From assembly GCA_963761305.1 (NCBI GenBank), contig CAVXGK010000002.1:1120001-1184000 (forward strand): a stretch of 64,000 bases of DNA, read 5' to 3'. A model generated the notes under the pieces. The model was not told where the DNA came from. It saw nothing but the letters and a program-made list of their open reading frames with translations, and did no database searches. Numbering within the stretch: position 1 is the first letter of the stretch; each line of letters begins with the position of its first letter. Shown piece after piece: positions 1 to 10,505 of the stretch. Made by a program: the position numbers and the translations under genes. The stretch is from an uncultured Gemmatimonadaceae bacterium. GTDB taxonomy: Bacteria; Gemmatimonadota; Gemmatimonadetes; Gemmatimonadales; Gemmatimonadaceae.

Positions 1-129
1 CTGCCCGTCGTGAGCCGAGCCAACGTTCGTACGATGCTTGGAGTCGTCACGCTGCCGGACATTCTCCATGTCTATGGCGTGGAGCGTGTCGACGAGGTTC
101 CGGATCTCCCGCGCCGTGTCGACGACTGA
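1..129 (+). CDS. Partial CDS, C-terminal CBS domain (possibly a ClC chloride channel-CBS protein)
   Basis: Frame 1 reads LPVVSRANVRTMLGVVTLPDILHVYGV...VDD* (TGA 127-129), matching the CBS pattern LPVV...lGivt..Di; 5' end lies outside the window. Confidence 0.6.
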   Translation: MPVVSRANVRTMLGVVTLPDILHVYGVERVDEVPDLPRRVDD

Positions 130-181
130 TACCGGCATCCGCGCGACCACGCAGCTCCGCGTTGCGAACGTGTCCATTTTC

Positions 182-1255
182 ATGGGCACGATTGCGGGCA
201 TCGTCACGTTGATCGGGTTGCTCCTGTCGTTCGACCTATTTCTGGCACACCTCGATCAACGCGAATCCGCAGCGCGCGCCAGCGCCGAGTACGAGATCGG
301 TGTCTCGACCCTGCGTGCGGGACGTCCATCGGACGCGGCAGATCATTTTGGGACGGCCGTGAGCATTGATCGATCGAACGTCAACTACGCGCTCGCGCTC
401 GGCGAGGCGATGTTGCAGGAGGGACGGACCGCGGACGCCGAGGCGACGCTACGTGCCTTGCTCGCGCGCGCGGAAAACGATGGCGCCGTAAACCTGACCA
501 TGGCGCACGTGATGCTCCGTGAGGGGCGCACGGAGGACACGAAGGCGTATCTGCACCGTGCGATCTTCGGGCGTTGGGGCGCGGATTCGGTCGAACGCCG
601 CAACCAGGCGCGGTTCGAGCTGATCGATCTGCTCGCTGCCCGCGGCACGCCGAGGGAGCTACTGGCCGAGCTGTTGCCTTTCGAGGACGTGTCGACTGAC
701 AGCGTTGCGCTGCGCCGCCGGCTGGGCAAACTGTTCATTCTCGCCGGGTCGCCCGCGCGCAGCGCGGCGATGTTTCGCGAAGTGCTCAAGCGCGATCCGG
801 CCGACGGCGAAGCATACGCGGGCCTCGCCGAAGCGGCGATCGCGACGGGCAATTTGCGAACCGCGCGCGCGGACTTGGCCGAAGCGGTGCAATTGCGCCC
901 CGGCGACGCGAAAACGCTGGGCCGCCTCGGGTTGGTGGACACGATGCTTGCCCTCGACCCTACAGCACGGGGCATCGACGCCAGCGAGCGGCTATCGAGG
1001 AGTCACGCGCTGCTCGCGCGGACGGTCTCTGTGGTGGCGTCGTGCGCCGGTGCTCCCGCGGCAGCGCTGGATACGGCGAGAGCGCTATTGTCACCGCCCA
1101 TCCGGCGTGCCGTTCAGCAGCGCGAGAATTCAGACGCCGATGCCGATCGTCTGATGCAGGCTGTTGCCGACGTGTGGGCGACTCGTACCCCGGCCTGCGA
1201 TGCGGCGGCACATGACGACGTCCTGCGGGTCCTTGTTGCCCGGATAAATCAATGA
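182..1255 (+). CDS. Membrane-anchored tetratricopeptide repeat protein
   Basis: N-terminal hydrophobic helix, then TPR-like helices (YALALGEAML, EAYAGLAEAAIATG); start uncertain, ATG 182 chosen to avoid overlap with the upstream CDS. Confidence 0.75.
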   Translation: MGTIAGIVTLIGLLLSFDLFLAHLDQRESAARASAEYEIGVSTLRAGRPSDAADHFGTAVSIDRSNVNYALALGEAMLQEGRTADAEATLRALLARAENDGAVNLTMAHVMLREGRTEDTKAYLHRAIFGRWGADSVERRNQARFELIDLLAARGTPRELLAELLPFEDVSTDSVALRRRLGKLFILAGSPARSAAMFREVLKRDPADGEAYAGLAEAAIATGNLRTARADLAEAVQLRPGDAKTLGRLGLVDTMLALDPTARGIDASERLSRSHALLARTVSVVASCAGAPAAALDTARALLSPPIRRAVQQRENSDADADRLMQAVADVWATRTPACDAAAHDDVLRVLVARINQ

Positions 1256-1803
1256 CAAAGTCACGCGTCGGCCCCCGCCCGAAATCGGACATCGTACATG
1301 CAGTCGATGCGTTCCGGCGCATCCTGCGCGAGTTGCGCGTCGTCGCACGCCGCACGGAGCGCGCGACTGGGTTGAGCGCCGCCCAGATCTTCGTGCTGTC
1401 GGCGGTCGGTGAGGCACCTGGGTGTTCGATCAACGACCTCGCGACGGCGACGATGACGGACCGCAGCTCGGTGGCGACAATCGTGGATCGGCTCGTCGAC
1501 ACGGGGCACGTAAGGCGCGAGGCGTCGGGCGACGATCGGCGCCGCGCGTCGATCGCCCTCACCCCGCGCGGGCGGCGGGCGGTCGGCACGGCCGAGTCAC
1601 CGGCGCCGACCGCACTGCTCATTCAGGGACTTGAGAAGTTGTCCCCGGCACGGCTTCGTGAATTGGCCCATGGACTCGCGGCGCTGACGACGGGAATGGG
1701 GATCGCAGATCAACCGGCGGCGATGCTGTTCGAAGATGCCCACCGCGAACCGCGGTCGCGCCGCGTCGCGACTCACGGTAGAGAGAGGCGAGTGTCCGCG
1801 TAA
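1252..1803 (+). CDS. MarR family transcriptional regulator
   Basis: GLSAAQIFVL...SINDLA...DRSSVATIVDRLVDTGHVRR...DDRR...IALTPRG winged-helix signature; ATGA overlap with the TPR gene. Confidence 0.9.
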   Translation: MTKSRVGPRPKSDIVHAVDAFRRILRELRVVARRTERATGLSAAQIFVLSAVGEAPGCSINDLATATMTDRSSVATIVDRLVDTGHVRREASGDDRRRASIALTPRGRRAVGTAESPAPTALLIQGLEKLSPARLRELAHGLAALTTGMGIADQPAAMLFEDAHREPRSRRVATHGRERRVSA

Positions 1804-1830
1804 AACGCGAGCGGCACGGACGCGTTTCGG

Positions 1831-3811
1831 TCATCGCGCCAGGCTCCGAACGGTCGCCGCGAGCGTCCGCACCTTCGCCGCGTCGCGCGAGCCGCCGGCG
1901 TCACCGTCCAGTTGACTGGCGAGCTGTGACAGCGCGCTGCTGCGCGCCGACCCCGAGGCGCTCTCCGCGCTCGACAGCGCCTGACGAATCGCCGAGATGC
2001 GTGGCTCGCCGAGACCCTTCGATCGGTCGAGCTGGTCCACGTACGCGCGGGCGAGGGCAAAGCTCGGTGCCCACGTATACCTCGGCTGCCCCTGGACGTT
2101 GAGATAATCCAGGTGCGCGGTCTTGGCCGCGTCGAGCTCGTTCTGGGTCAGCAACGGGTTCGGCAGCAGCTCGAAGACATCCAGCCCGCGCGCAATCTCG
2201 GAGCTGACGATCACGCCGTTGTACCAGTACGACGACCACGCGCCGCCTTCGACCATCCGGCTGGGGTCGATCGGGCCGCGATCGAAGAACGCGATTTCCG
2301 CCGCATGCGCCGGATCGGTGAAATCGAACACCGACGTGCCGCCCTGGTACCACGCCTGCACCATGATGTCTCGGCCGGGCACCGGAATGAGAGAGCCGTT
2401 GTGCGCGACGCAGTTTTCCTGCCGAGGTCTGTGGCGCGGACAGCTTGTAGTAGCCCTGAAAGACAAGCTTGTTGTTCACGATATTGAAGATCGCGTCGGC
2501 GCCCCAATCGCGCGGATCGCTGGCGCGGCATTTCGGTGCGCTGCCTCCGCCCCATTCGTCGCTGAACAGCAGCTTGGTGCCGTCGTTGTTGAACGTCGCC
2601 GAATGCCAGTAGGAGAAATTCGAGTCGGATGCGGCGTCCAGGCGGACCGGATGCGCGGGGTCGTGGATGTCGAGCAGCATTCCGTAACCCTCGCACGCGC
2701 CACCCGCGTATCCGATCGCCGGATACACGGTGATGTCGTGGCATTGCGTCGGACCGCGGTCGGCGCCGGCGCTCATACCGAACTGCTTCAACAACATGGT
2801 CGGCAGCGCGGCGCGCAGCGCGGCCGAGTCGGCGCCCGTCACCGCGCCGCCGCCGTGGTTGGTCCTGGCCGTGCTGTCCAGGAGCGGCTGCACCATCGCC
2901 CCCGGCAGCTCCATGTTGATGCCGATTACGCTGACCGGAAATTTGCCCTGCGCGATCGACGCCTTTTGCTCCTCGATGTCGCCTTGCGCCAGCCCGTGAT
3001 GCGCGGGCGCGGTGAGATCGTTGAAGATTCTCGGGCTGCTCACGACCGACGCCTGCTCCGGGTGCGCCAACGGCACCTTGATCACCTCGATGCGGAACAG
3101 CGCGGAATTCGGATCGCTCTCGGGAAGCTTGTTGCTGCACCCCGCGAGCTCCGCGGCCGGTCGAATGCCCGACGACCCGGATATATAGATGTAGACGTTG
3201 TTGGGGTCCTTGGGGTCCACGACCAGCGTGTGCGTGTGCGATCCGCGGCACGTCTGGACACTCGCGATGTACTTGGGGTTGTCCAGGTCGCTGATGTCGA
3301 AGATGCGCAGCCCGCGAATTCGCTCGTTGCTCACCGGCTCCTGGATGCCGCCCGCCTTGCAGTCGATGCGGCCCGACTCCGACTCGGCGGACATGAACAG
3401 AAGGTTCTTGTAGACCGAGACGTCATTCTGCGACGCCGGGCAGAAATACCCTTTGCGCACCGTCGGGTGGCTCGGGTTCGCCAGATCCCAGACCAGCCAG
3501 CCGTTGAAGGTTCCTTGCAGCGCGTAGCCGCCGAAGAAACCGAGGTCCGAGTTGACGCCCTTGAACTGGTCGGGCGTCGGCGTGTTCGACAGCAGCCGCA
3601 TGTTCCAGGTTGCCTGACCGGCGTCGGTCATCCCCGCCTTGAGGCCGACGCGAGGATCCGGATTCGGCGCCTCCGCTTTGGCCATCGGCTCGATGTTGAA
3701 CGACCCCGCTTGCTGCGCGGGCGCGCCGGCGAGCGAGACAGCGGTACCGTGCGAGCAAGCGCCGAGCAGGGCCGCCGCGGAAATCAGGAAGGCGAGACGA
3801 AGTGATGGCAT
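1831..3811 (-). pseudogene. LVIVD-repeat-type secreted lipoprotein with one frameshift near 2423
   Basis: Lipobox LLGAC; motifs CPASQNDVSVY, TCRGSHTHT, QCHDITVYP, YWHSATFNNDG. After YYKLSAPQTS one extra base moves the frame to QENCVAHNGSLIPVPGRDIMVQAWYQGG (ORF 1831..2466). May be a sequencing error. Confidence 0.8.
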
Positions 3812-3825
3812 GCGAGACTCGGTAG

Positions 3826-4488
3826 TTACCGCGGAGGGTTGTGAGATTCGATGGACTCGACCAACAACATCTGCTGCATACGATGAATCTCCGTGCTTTG
3901 ATCCACGTTCACGTTGTTGGCGAACTTGAAGACGGCGTCGTCCTGCCCCGCTCCCGGCGAGGCAAAGAGCTGCTGGACCATGGTGATCGCGCCTTGATGA
4001 TGCTGGATCATCCCGCGCAAAAAGAGCGTGTCGAAGGTGACGCCGCGCGCGGCGTCGAGCGCCTTCATCTGATCGTCGCTCAACATGCCGGGCATGAGCA
4101 TCTCCATCTCCTGACCGTTCATCATCATCTTCATGGGCAGCGGCTTTGCCTCGGGCACCGGCCGGTCGCGATCGCGCAGCCAGTTCTGCATCAACGCGAT
4201 TTCGTCGTTCTGCGCGTTGATGATGCGGCCGCAGAGCGTCTGCACGGCGCGACCGGCACCGTGCGTCGGAGCCATCTTCGCCATGACAACGGCTTGGGCA
4301 TGATGCGAGATCATTCCCGTCATGAATTGCACGTCCGCCGGCGTATAAGGAAGGCGCGCGCTGTCCGCGCGAGCGCGGTCTCGGGCCGCCGAATCCGAAG
4401 TCGTGGCGCGCCCCGCGGCCTGTGCCATTCCAAGCGCAGCCCAGGTACTCAGCAGCACCATCGCGTATCGAAGGGACGCTAGGCGCAT
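3826..4488 (-). CDS. DUF305 domain-containing secreted protein
   Basis: Signal peptide; ADVQFMTGMISHHAQAVVMA and FLRGMIQHHQGAITM double-HH motifs; MPGML. Confidence 0.88.
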   Translation of the reverse strand: MRLASLRYAMVLLSTWAALGMAQAAGRATTSDSAARDRARADSARLPYTPADVQFMTGMISHHAQAVVMAKMAPTHGAGRAVQTLCGRIINAQNDEIALMQNWLRDRDRPVPEAKPLPMKMMMNGQEMEMLMPGMLSDDQMKALDAARGVTFDTLFLRGMIQHHQGAITMVQQLFASPGAGQDDAVFKFANNVNVDQSTEIHRMQQMLLVESIESHNPPR

Positions 4489-4614
4489 CGCGTTGCGCGT
4501 GCGACGTGAAGGACGCCGTGAGCGGGCGTGGGTCGGTTCGCCATCTGGCTCCCGTGGCGTTGAACCGGTAGGTACGTGGCGGGGGAGCCGTCTGTCAAGA
4601 GTCGGAGCATCGAC

Positions 4615-6450
4615 TTAGCCGCTCGGCTGAAAACTTGACGCCGAGATGCCCTGATTCGATTGGAGGTCGTGCAGACGAGCGTACACCCCGCTCGCCGCGA
4701 GAAGCGTCGCATGCGTGCCGCGCTCACACACGCGACCGCGGTCGATCACGAAGATCTGATCCGCCTGCCGCACCGTCGTGAGGCTGTGCGCGATCATGAT
4801 CGTCGTCTTCCCGCGCATCAGCTGGTGAAGCGCATCGAGCACCAGCGCCTCCGACGACGCATCCAGTCCCGTCGTGGGCTCGTCGAGAACCAGGATCGGC
4901 GCGTTGCGAACGAGGGCCCGCGCGATGGCGATTCGCTGCTGCTGGCCGCCTGACAACGTGACGCCGCGCTCGCCGACCATCGTGTTGTAGCCGTCCGGAA
5001 GCTCACGAATGAACGGATCGGCGTGCGCCAACTCGGCGGCTTTCACGATCTCGCCGCGCGACGCCTCGGGCCTTCCGTACGCGATGTTCTGCCAGACCGG
5101 ACCGCGAAAGAGCAGCGTGTCCTGCAACACGAAGCTCATGCGTTCCCGCAGCGATTCCTGATAGAAGGACTGTACGTCGTCGCCGTCGATCAGCACGCGG
5201 CCCGACAGCGGGTCGTAGAACCGCGCGATGAGATTGATGAGCGTGGTCTTCCCTGCACCTGTCGGCCCGACCACCGCCGCGATCGAGCCGGCCGGGATCG
5301 TGAGGCTCACGTCGACGAGCGTGGGCCGGTCGGGCGCGTACCCGAACGTCACGCGATCGAGCTCGATCGCGCCGCGAAAGCGAGGCGCGCGCCGTGCTCC
5401 GGGCCGATCCCGAACCTCGAGCTCGACGGCGAGGAAGTTGTTGATCCGTTCGAACGCCACCAGCGCGCGCGAGTACGTGTCGGTCATCTTCGACAGCTCG
5501 CGAATCGGCTTGTACATCTTGCTCAAGTACAGCAGGAAGACGACGAGCGCGCCGGCGGTCAACCGGCCATCGAGGACGTGACGCGCCCCGAACCATAGGA
5601 CCGACGCGGCCCCCACGGCGACGATGATCTCGACGGCCGGCGCCAGCTTCGCTTTGGCGTCTCGCGCCCGGAGCGTGGACTCGACGATCCGTTCGCTTTG
5701 ATACTCGAACCGGCCGCGCTCGTGATCTTCCCGGCCGAACGCTTTCACGAGCCGCATCGATGACAGCACCTCGTGCATCGTCGACATGAGGTCCGCCTCC
5801 CGGCCGCGCACCTCGAGAGAGGTGCGCCTGATCCGGCGCGTGAGCGTGTAGACGACGACGCCGAGTGCCGGCAGGACGGCCAGCGCGATGAGCGTGAAGC
5901 GCCAGTCGAGATAGAGCATGAGGCCGCTCATGCCGATCAACAGCATCGCGTAGTACAGCGTGTCGAGAACACCCGACGTGATCGCGCTCTGGATCGCGTC
6001 GACATCCGCCGTTGCCGTGCTGATGACGTCGCCCGTCCGCTTCTTGTCGTGGAACGACATCGACAGGCGTTGGGCATGGGTGTAGATCCGCGATCGCAGC
6101 TCGTGCGTCACCCGCTGGCCCAAGGTCGTGACGCATTGCTTTTCGGCATAGCTGCCCACACCGCCGACGATCGCGATGAGCAGCACCATGGCCACGGCGA
6201 ATTCGAGAACGCCTAGGGCATTCGTCCCCAGCATCGCCGCGATCGCGCGCTCCAGCCATTGCGGCAGCGGCTTGGCGCGAAGCACCGTGTCGAGCACGAT
6301 CTTGATCGGCCACGGCTCGAGCAGGGCCGCACCCGTCTCGGCTCCGACAGCGACGAGGCCAAGGAGCAAGATGCCCCAGTGGCCGGACAGCAGGCCAAGG
6401 ACCGTGACCCGGTATGCTCTCCGATCCAGCGGCGACGAATTGTCGGCCAA
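4615..6450 (-). CDS. ABC exporter, fused permease/ATP-binding protein (MsbA-like)
   Basis: Six-TM N-terminus; Walker A GPTGAGKT, signature LSGGQ, Walker B ILVLDE, H-loop IAH. Confidence 0.93.
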   Translation of the reverse strand: MADNSSPLDRRAYRVTVLGLLSGHWGILLLGLVAVGAETGAALLEPWPIKIVLDTVLRAKPLPQWLERAIAAMLGTNALGVLEFAVAMVLLIAIVGGVGSYAEKQCVTTLGQRVTHELRSRIYTHAQRLSMSFHDKKRTGDVISTATADVDAIQSAITSGVLDTLYYAMLLIGMSGLMLYLDWRFTLIALAVLPALGVVVYTLTRRIRRTSLEVRGREADLMSTMHEVLSSMRLVKAFGREDHERGRFEYQSERIVESTLRARDAKAKLAPAVEIIVAVGAASVLWFGARHVLDGRLTAGALVVFLLYLSKMYKPIRELSKMTDTYSRALVAFERINNFLAVELEVRDRPGARRAPRFRGAIELDRVTFGYAPDRPTLVDVSLTIPAGSIAAVVGPTGAGKTTLINLIARFYDPLSGRVLIDGDDVQSFYQESLRERMSFVLQDTLLFRGPVWQNIAYGRPEASRGEIVKAAELAHADPFIRELPDGYNTMVGERGVTLSGGQQQRIAIARALVRNAPILVLDEPTTGLDASSEALVLDALHQLMRGKTTIMIAHSLTTVRQADQIFVIDRGRVCERGTHATLLAASGVYARLHDLQSNQGISASSFQPSG

Positions 6451-6558
6451 CCTGTGTGCCTCGAGGGAGTTCTTAATTCTATAACGATGCGCTGGGCAGA
6501 AACTGGACTCACGGCGAAGGGAAACTGTAAGGAGATGTCGAGAAGCGGGTTGCGGTTG

Positions 6559-7395
6559 TTACTCCTCCGCGCTCCCCCCACGATGGAACCATCCCCAGAC
6601 TGTTTGCTTCAGCCGGACAAGCGGCGGATCCGGCAACAGCTCCGGAGCCGGCGCACTCGCGTTGCCCTTCGGCACCACCATGACGAGCATCTCCCCATCC
6701 GTATCAAACCGATCCCCTTCGGCGTTGTGCCCATCGACCCGCAGCCCATACCCACTGACGTGAAACGCCGTCGCGACCTGCCCTACTCTCGAGAGATCCG
6801 CCTCCACTCGATCGCGCTCCTGATCGATGTCCGGATCGATATGATGGGTCGGATGCAACCCTCGGCGACTGAGGCCGGCGCGGGTGTCGAACGACGCTCC
6901 GCCGATCCACACGGGCCGCCCGTCGTACGCAATGCCGTCGGCGCGCCAAAGGCGAACGTGATGGCGGCGTCTCGCGCTCTTTCCTGCCTCGCGCTCGAAC
7001 GCGTGGTCCTGTTGTCGGCCGAACAGGTAGAGCGGGCTCACCGGCGCTGTCGAATCGGGACGGCCAAGCAACACGCTCTTGGCGATTCCGATGCTGCTGG
7101 CGCGCGTCACCGGCTGCGCCTCGACCCAGCCGGCCCGCTGAAACGCCACGACGAGCTCTGAGTCTGAACCGGCGACGATCGCGACGTTGATCGGATCTCC
7201 CTCGATGTTCCGCGCATTGCGGCTGCGCTTCGGAACGCTCTCTAGCGCTGGGAAGCGCTCGAAGTGAGTGAACAGCACCGGGCCCATGACGTGCGTCGCC
7301 AGCGTCACCACACCGACAACGGCGAGCACTACAACCAACGAGGCTATGAACAACACGGTCGGCCAGCGACTGCGCTCGCTCGCCCCGGCACTCAT
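6559..7395 (-). CDS. LssY C-terminal domain-like protein
   Basis: GDPINVA...AGW, APVSPLYLFGRQQDHAFE, RHHVRLW, WIGGASFD, THHIDPDIDQERD; N-terminal TM; overlaps the upstream gene by 4 nt. Confidence 0.8.
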   Translation of the reverse strand: MSAGASERSRWPTVLFIASLVVVLAVVGVVTLATHVMGPVLFTHFERFPALESVPKRSRNARNIEGDPINVAIVAGSDSELVVAFQRAGWVEAQPVTRASSIGIAKSVLLGRPDSTAPVSPLYLFGRQQDHAFEREAGKSARRRHHVRLWRADGIAYDGRPVWIGGASFDTRAGLSRRGLHPTHHIDPDIDQERDRVEADLSRVGQVATAFHVSGYGLRVDGHNAEGDRFDTDGEMLVMVVPKGNASAPAPELLPDPPLVRLKQTVWGWFHRGGSAEE

Positions 7396-9833
7396 CGGCC
7401 GAGATCCAACCCAATCCGAAATCGCCCGGTGGGGTAGTTCGACAACTGCCAGGCAAAGCGCAGCGCGAGATTGATCGGCGACATGAACGGCGTCAGGTTG
7501 CCCACGGTGAAACCAGCCTCGCGATATGGGCTCGTCGCGACGTGCACCGTCGTCGGAATCACCGTGAGGCCGCCGAGCGTGTCGAGCGGCGTCGAGCCAA
7601 AACTCGTCCAGAACACGGCCGCTCGCACGGACAGCGTGAATGGAATGTCGCGCACCAGCGGCACGTGACTTCTTGTGAACAGGAGGCGGTCGAAATTGTG
7701 CTCGACCGCGAGCATCGCAGCCCGCGATCCGGCGAAGTTGGAATCGGTGAGCGTGGTGAACGGCGATGCTTGAGTCTCCAACACCCGCGCGCCGCCGTCC
7801 ACCGTGAAATAGCGCTGCGGGGGAAGGCCCGCCGTACCGATTCCGCCGACGGCCATGAACGTCGTCACGCCCATGCCGAAACTCTGCTGGCGGTGCTCGA
7901 CGCGAAGCGTGTAGCGGCGATAGTCGAAGTCACTCGCCAACACGTTGGGGCTCGAGACCTCCGCATCTATGGCAACGCGCGTCCATTCCGCGGCACCGAG
8001 CCGCGTGTCGCCCCCGCCTCCGGGCTGGTGGAGCATCGGCCGCGAATCATAGCTCACGCCCGCCGAGACCGACCGCAGCAATCCATCGGCGATCGGATCG
8101 TTGGGTCGGATCGGCGGCTGGTCGGGGCGGTTGGACCGGCCGAAGAGCGGGCCGCTGACGACGTCGGCGAGCGACGTTTGCCGCCCATCGGTGTAGGCCG
8201 CGTTGAACTGCGTCAGGTTGAACAACTTCGCGGTGAGCGTCGCGACGAGACCGCGTTCACGGTAGTAGTCGAGCGGGTCGATCCGTGAAAACAACGCGCG
8301 GGTCGTCGCGTTGTATCCCGGCGAGGTGAGCGTCGGACGGCTGAGCGTCTCGTCGTGGTACGTCGCACCGAGCCAGACTCGCCGCCCTTCGTTGAGTCGG
8401 ACTTGATCGCCGATGCGGTACTGCCATACGTCGCTCCCGGTGGCGCGCCCGAACTTCGCCGTCGGAATCATCCCGGGCCAATCGTGCCAACTCCAACCGG
8501 CCCCGACGTACACGCCGTCGACGCGATTGTAATGAAAGAAATCTGGATTGTTGAGCGCCTCCGCCGTCGCCGTCGCGGTCCCCACGACTCGGCGCCGGAA
8601 CGTCGGCGGCGCTTGGGCGATCGAATCGATTCGGCTCCACGCGGCGGCTTCGGCCGCCGACATTGGCAACTCCGGCGCCGACGCCCAAGCCGGGTTCTCC
8701 CGACGATCGGCATTGTCGTCGACGATCACTCTGTACTCGCCCAATCCCGCCGGGCGACGCCCCTCGTCGAACCGAAAACCGGACAAGGCCGCGATGTGCT
8801 GCACCGACAACCGCGTCGGCACTCCGGGGATTGGAATCCGGAGCTGAAGGTCCGCGGTCAGCTCGATCGAGTAGGGCATCCATTTTCCCTGCCCCACGTC
8901 CTTGAATTGCTGCCGGTATCGTACGTTGCGGAGAAAACCGAGGCGGACGGCGTCGTTCACAGCGACGTCCAACCCCGTGACGTCGAACGTCGAGTCGGCG
9001 ATGTCGATGACGCCGGCGAACGCCGGCGATCCGTCGGGCTTCGGTTCAAGCGACAGCCGAATCACGGACAACCCATCGGCGGAGAGAGTGTCGAGTATTC
9101 GATAGTCGTAATGCTCGAGCGCGTCATCGGCGAGCGGCGACACGATCTCGTACCGGCCCAACTGGATGCGATCGCGATTGAAATTCACGATTTCGCCCAC
9201 CGACACGAGATTGCGTTGCGCGTCGAGGTTGCCGGTCTGCCGCCGCGCGAGAATCGTCTCCTGGTAGCGGTCCGGTCGCTCCCAATACGCCGACGTTCGC
9301 GATTCGGTGATGAGAAGGATCGACGACGCGGAGTCGGCCGGCTTCTTGAGGTCGCGCACCACGAACCGCACGCTCGCGTCGTAGCTGTAGTCGTGCGCCT
9401 GCCCGCGCAGACCCTTGCGCGCAATGGCCGCGGCGATGATGCGACGCGCCGCGTCGTCGTCCGGCGAGACCACGACGGGCGCCAATCGTTTCGCGATCGG
9501 CGCGAGCGAGACGTTTCGCAGCAATCCCTCCGCCGCGGCCGGGAGCGTCACGACGAGCGACGCCGGACGATAGCCGATTCGCCGGAACTCCAGGCGATGA
9601 GTGCCCGGCGCGAGCTCGAGGCGGTAATGCCCATCGTCATCCGTGAGGCTCGACGCGCTGCTTTCGAGATCCCGCACGGCCACGATCCGAACAGCGGCAC
9701 CGGTGAGGCTGTCCGTCACCGTACCGAAGACGGGCGCTGACGAAGGCGGCGACGACTGCGCGCCGAGCGCGCCGGAGGCCAGGACCGACGAAGCAAGCCA
9801 CCTCAGCGATGCCCGGCGCGACAAAATACTCAC
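7392..9833 (-). CDS. Carboxypeptidase-regulatory-like domain + DUF5686-like outer-membrane protein
   Basis: Signal peptide; GTVTDSLTG...TDDDGHYRL...RRIGY; SPLA...HYDY; YNRVDG; beta-strand-rich C-terminus. Confidence 0.75.
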   Translation of the reverse strand: MSILSRRASLRWLASSVLASGALGAQSSPPSSAPVFGTVTDSLTGAAVRIVAVRDLESSASSLTDDDGHYRLELAPGTHRLEFRRIGYRPASLVVTLPAAAEGLLRNVSLAPIAKRLAPVVVSPDDDAARRIIAAAIARKGLRGQAHDYSYDASVRFVVRDLKKPADSASSILLITESRTSAYWERPDRYQETILARRQTGNLDAQRNLVSVGEIVNFNRDRIQLGRYEIVSPLADDALEHYDYRILDTLSADGLSVIRLSLEPKPDGSPAFAGVIDIADSTFDVTGLDVAVNDAVRLGFLRNVRYRQQFKDVGQGKWMPYSIELTADLQLRIPIPGVPTRLSVQHIAALSGFRFDEGRRPAGLGEYRVIVDDNADRRENPAWASAPELPMSAAEAAAWSRIDSIAQAPPTFRRRVVGTATATAEALNNPDFFHYNRVDGVYVGAGWSWHDWPGMIPTAKFGRATGSDVWQYRIGDQVRLNEGRRVWLGATYHDETLSRPTLTSPGYNATTRALFSRIDPLDYYRERGLVATLTAKLFNLTQFNAAYTDGRQTSLADVVSGPLFGRSNRPDQPPIRPNDPIADGLLRSVSAGVSYDSRPMLHQPGGGGDTRLGAAEWTRVAIDAEVSSPNVLASDFDYRRYTLRVEHRQQSFGMGVTTFMAVGGIGTAGLPPQRYFTVDGGARVLETQASPFTTLTDSNFAGSRAAMLAVEHNFDRLLFTRSHVPLVRDIPFTLSVRAAVFWTSFGSTPLDTLGGLTVIPTTVHVATSPYREAGFTVGNLTPFMSPINLALRFAWQLSNYPTGRFRIGLDLGR

Positions 9834-9983
9834 ATCCGACGAACTAACCCTGGTGAGGACCGACGGACAGGGTCACCATGATTTCTAGACGGTACCTGAT
9901 CAAGGGCGTTGCGGGCCGCATCCTAGACCGTTTTTCGGGTTCGTGCATGTACCGGGAATGCGACGGTCCAGCTCGTTCATGGG

Positions 9984-10382
9984 CACATTCGACTTCGGCG
10001 CGGGCACCTGAGACTCACGCGGCGTCACTTGGCACTCTCGTGGGGACACTTCACGCCGGCGCTTGGCCCTCTGCCGCTTGACGCGGAGCACCTCGCAATG
10101 AGTTCGCGACACTTCGCAATGCGCTCGCGACACTTCGCAATGAGCTCGCGACACTTCGCAATGAGTTCGCGACACCTCGCAATGAGTTCGCGACACGTCG
10201 CAATGAGCTTGCGACACTTCGCGGTGATTTCGCAACACCTCGTGTTGACTTCGCGACACTTCGTAGTGACTTCGCCACACTTCGCGATGGGTTCGCGTCC
10301 GCCCGCAGTGAGGTCGCGACACCTCCCGATGCGTTCGCGACACTTCGCGGTGAACGCGGGACACGTAGCAGTGAGCTTCGCA
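9984..10382. repeat. 21-bp tandem repeat, about 19 units, consensus CACTTCGCAATGAGTTCGCGA
   Basis: Units in exact 21-nt register from 9984; six near-identical units at 10089-10214, degenerating on both sides. Confidence 0.92.
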
Positions 10383-10505
10383 ACCACCATTCCGCCGGCC
10401 CACGGGGCCCGGCAACCCTGTCACCGACCGGGGCGGAGTCGGAATGAGAGCAAGTCGGTCCCTCTGCGGCGGGGCCTATGGCGGCGCCCGCTCGCATATA
10501 GCGCC

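Noticed and set aside
9984..10382. 21-bp array as a CRISPR array
   Set aside because: Units are contiguous with no unique spacers of CRISPR length, and there are no cas genes in the window.
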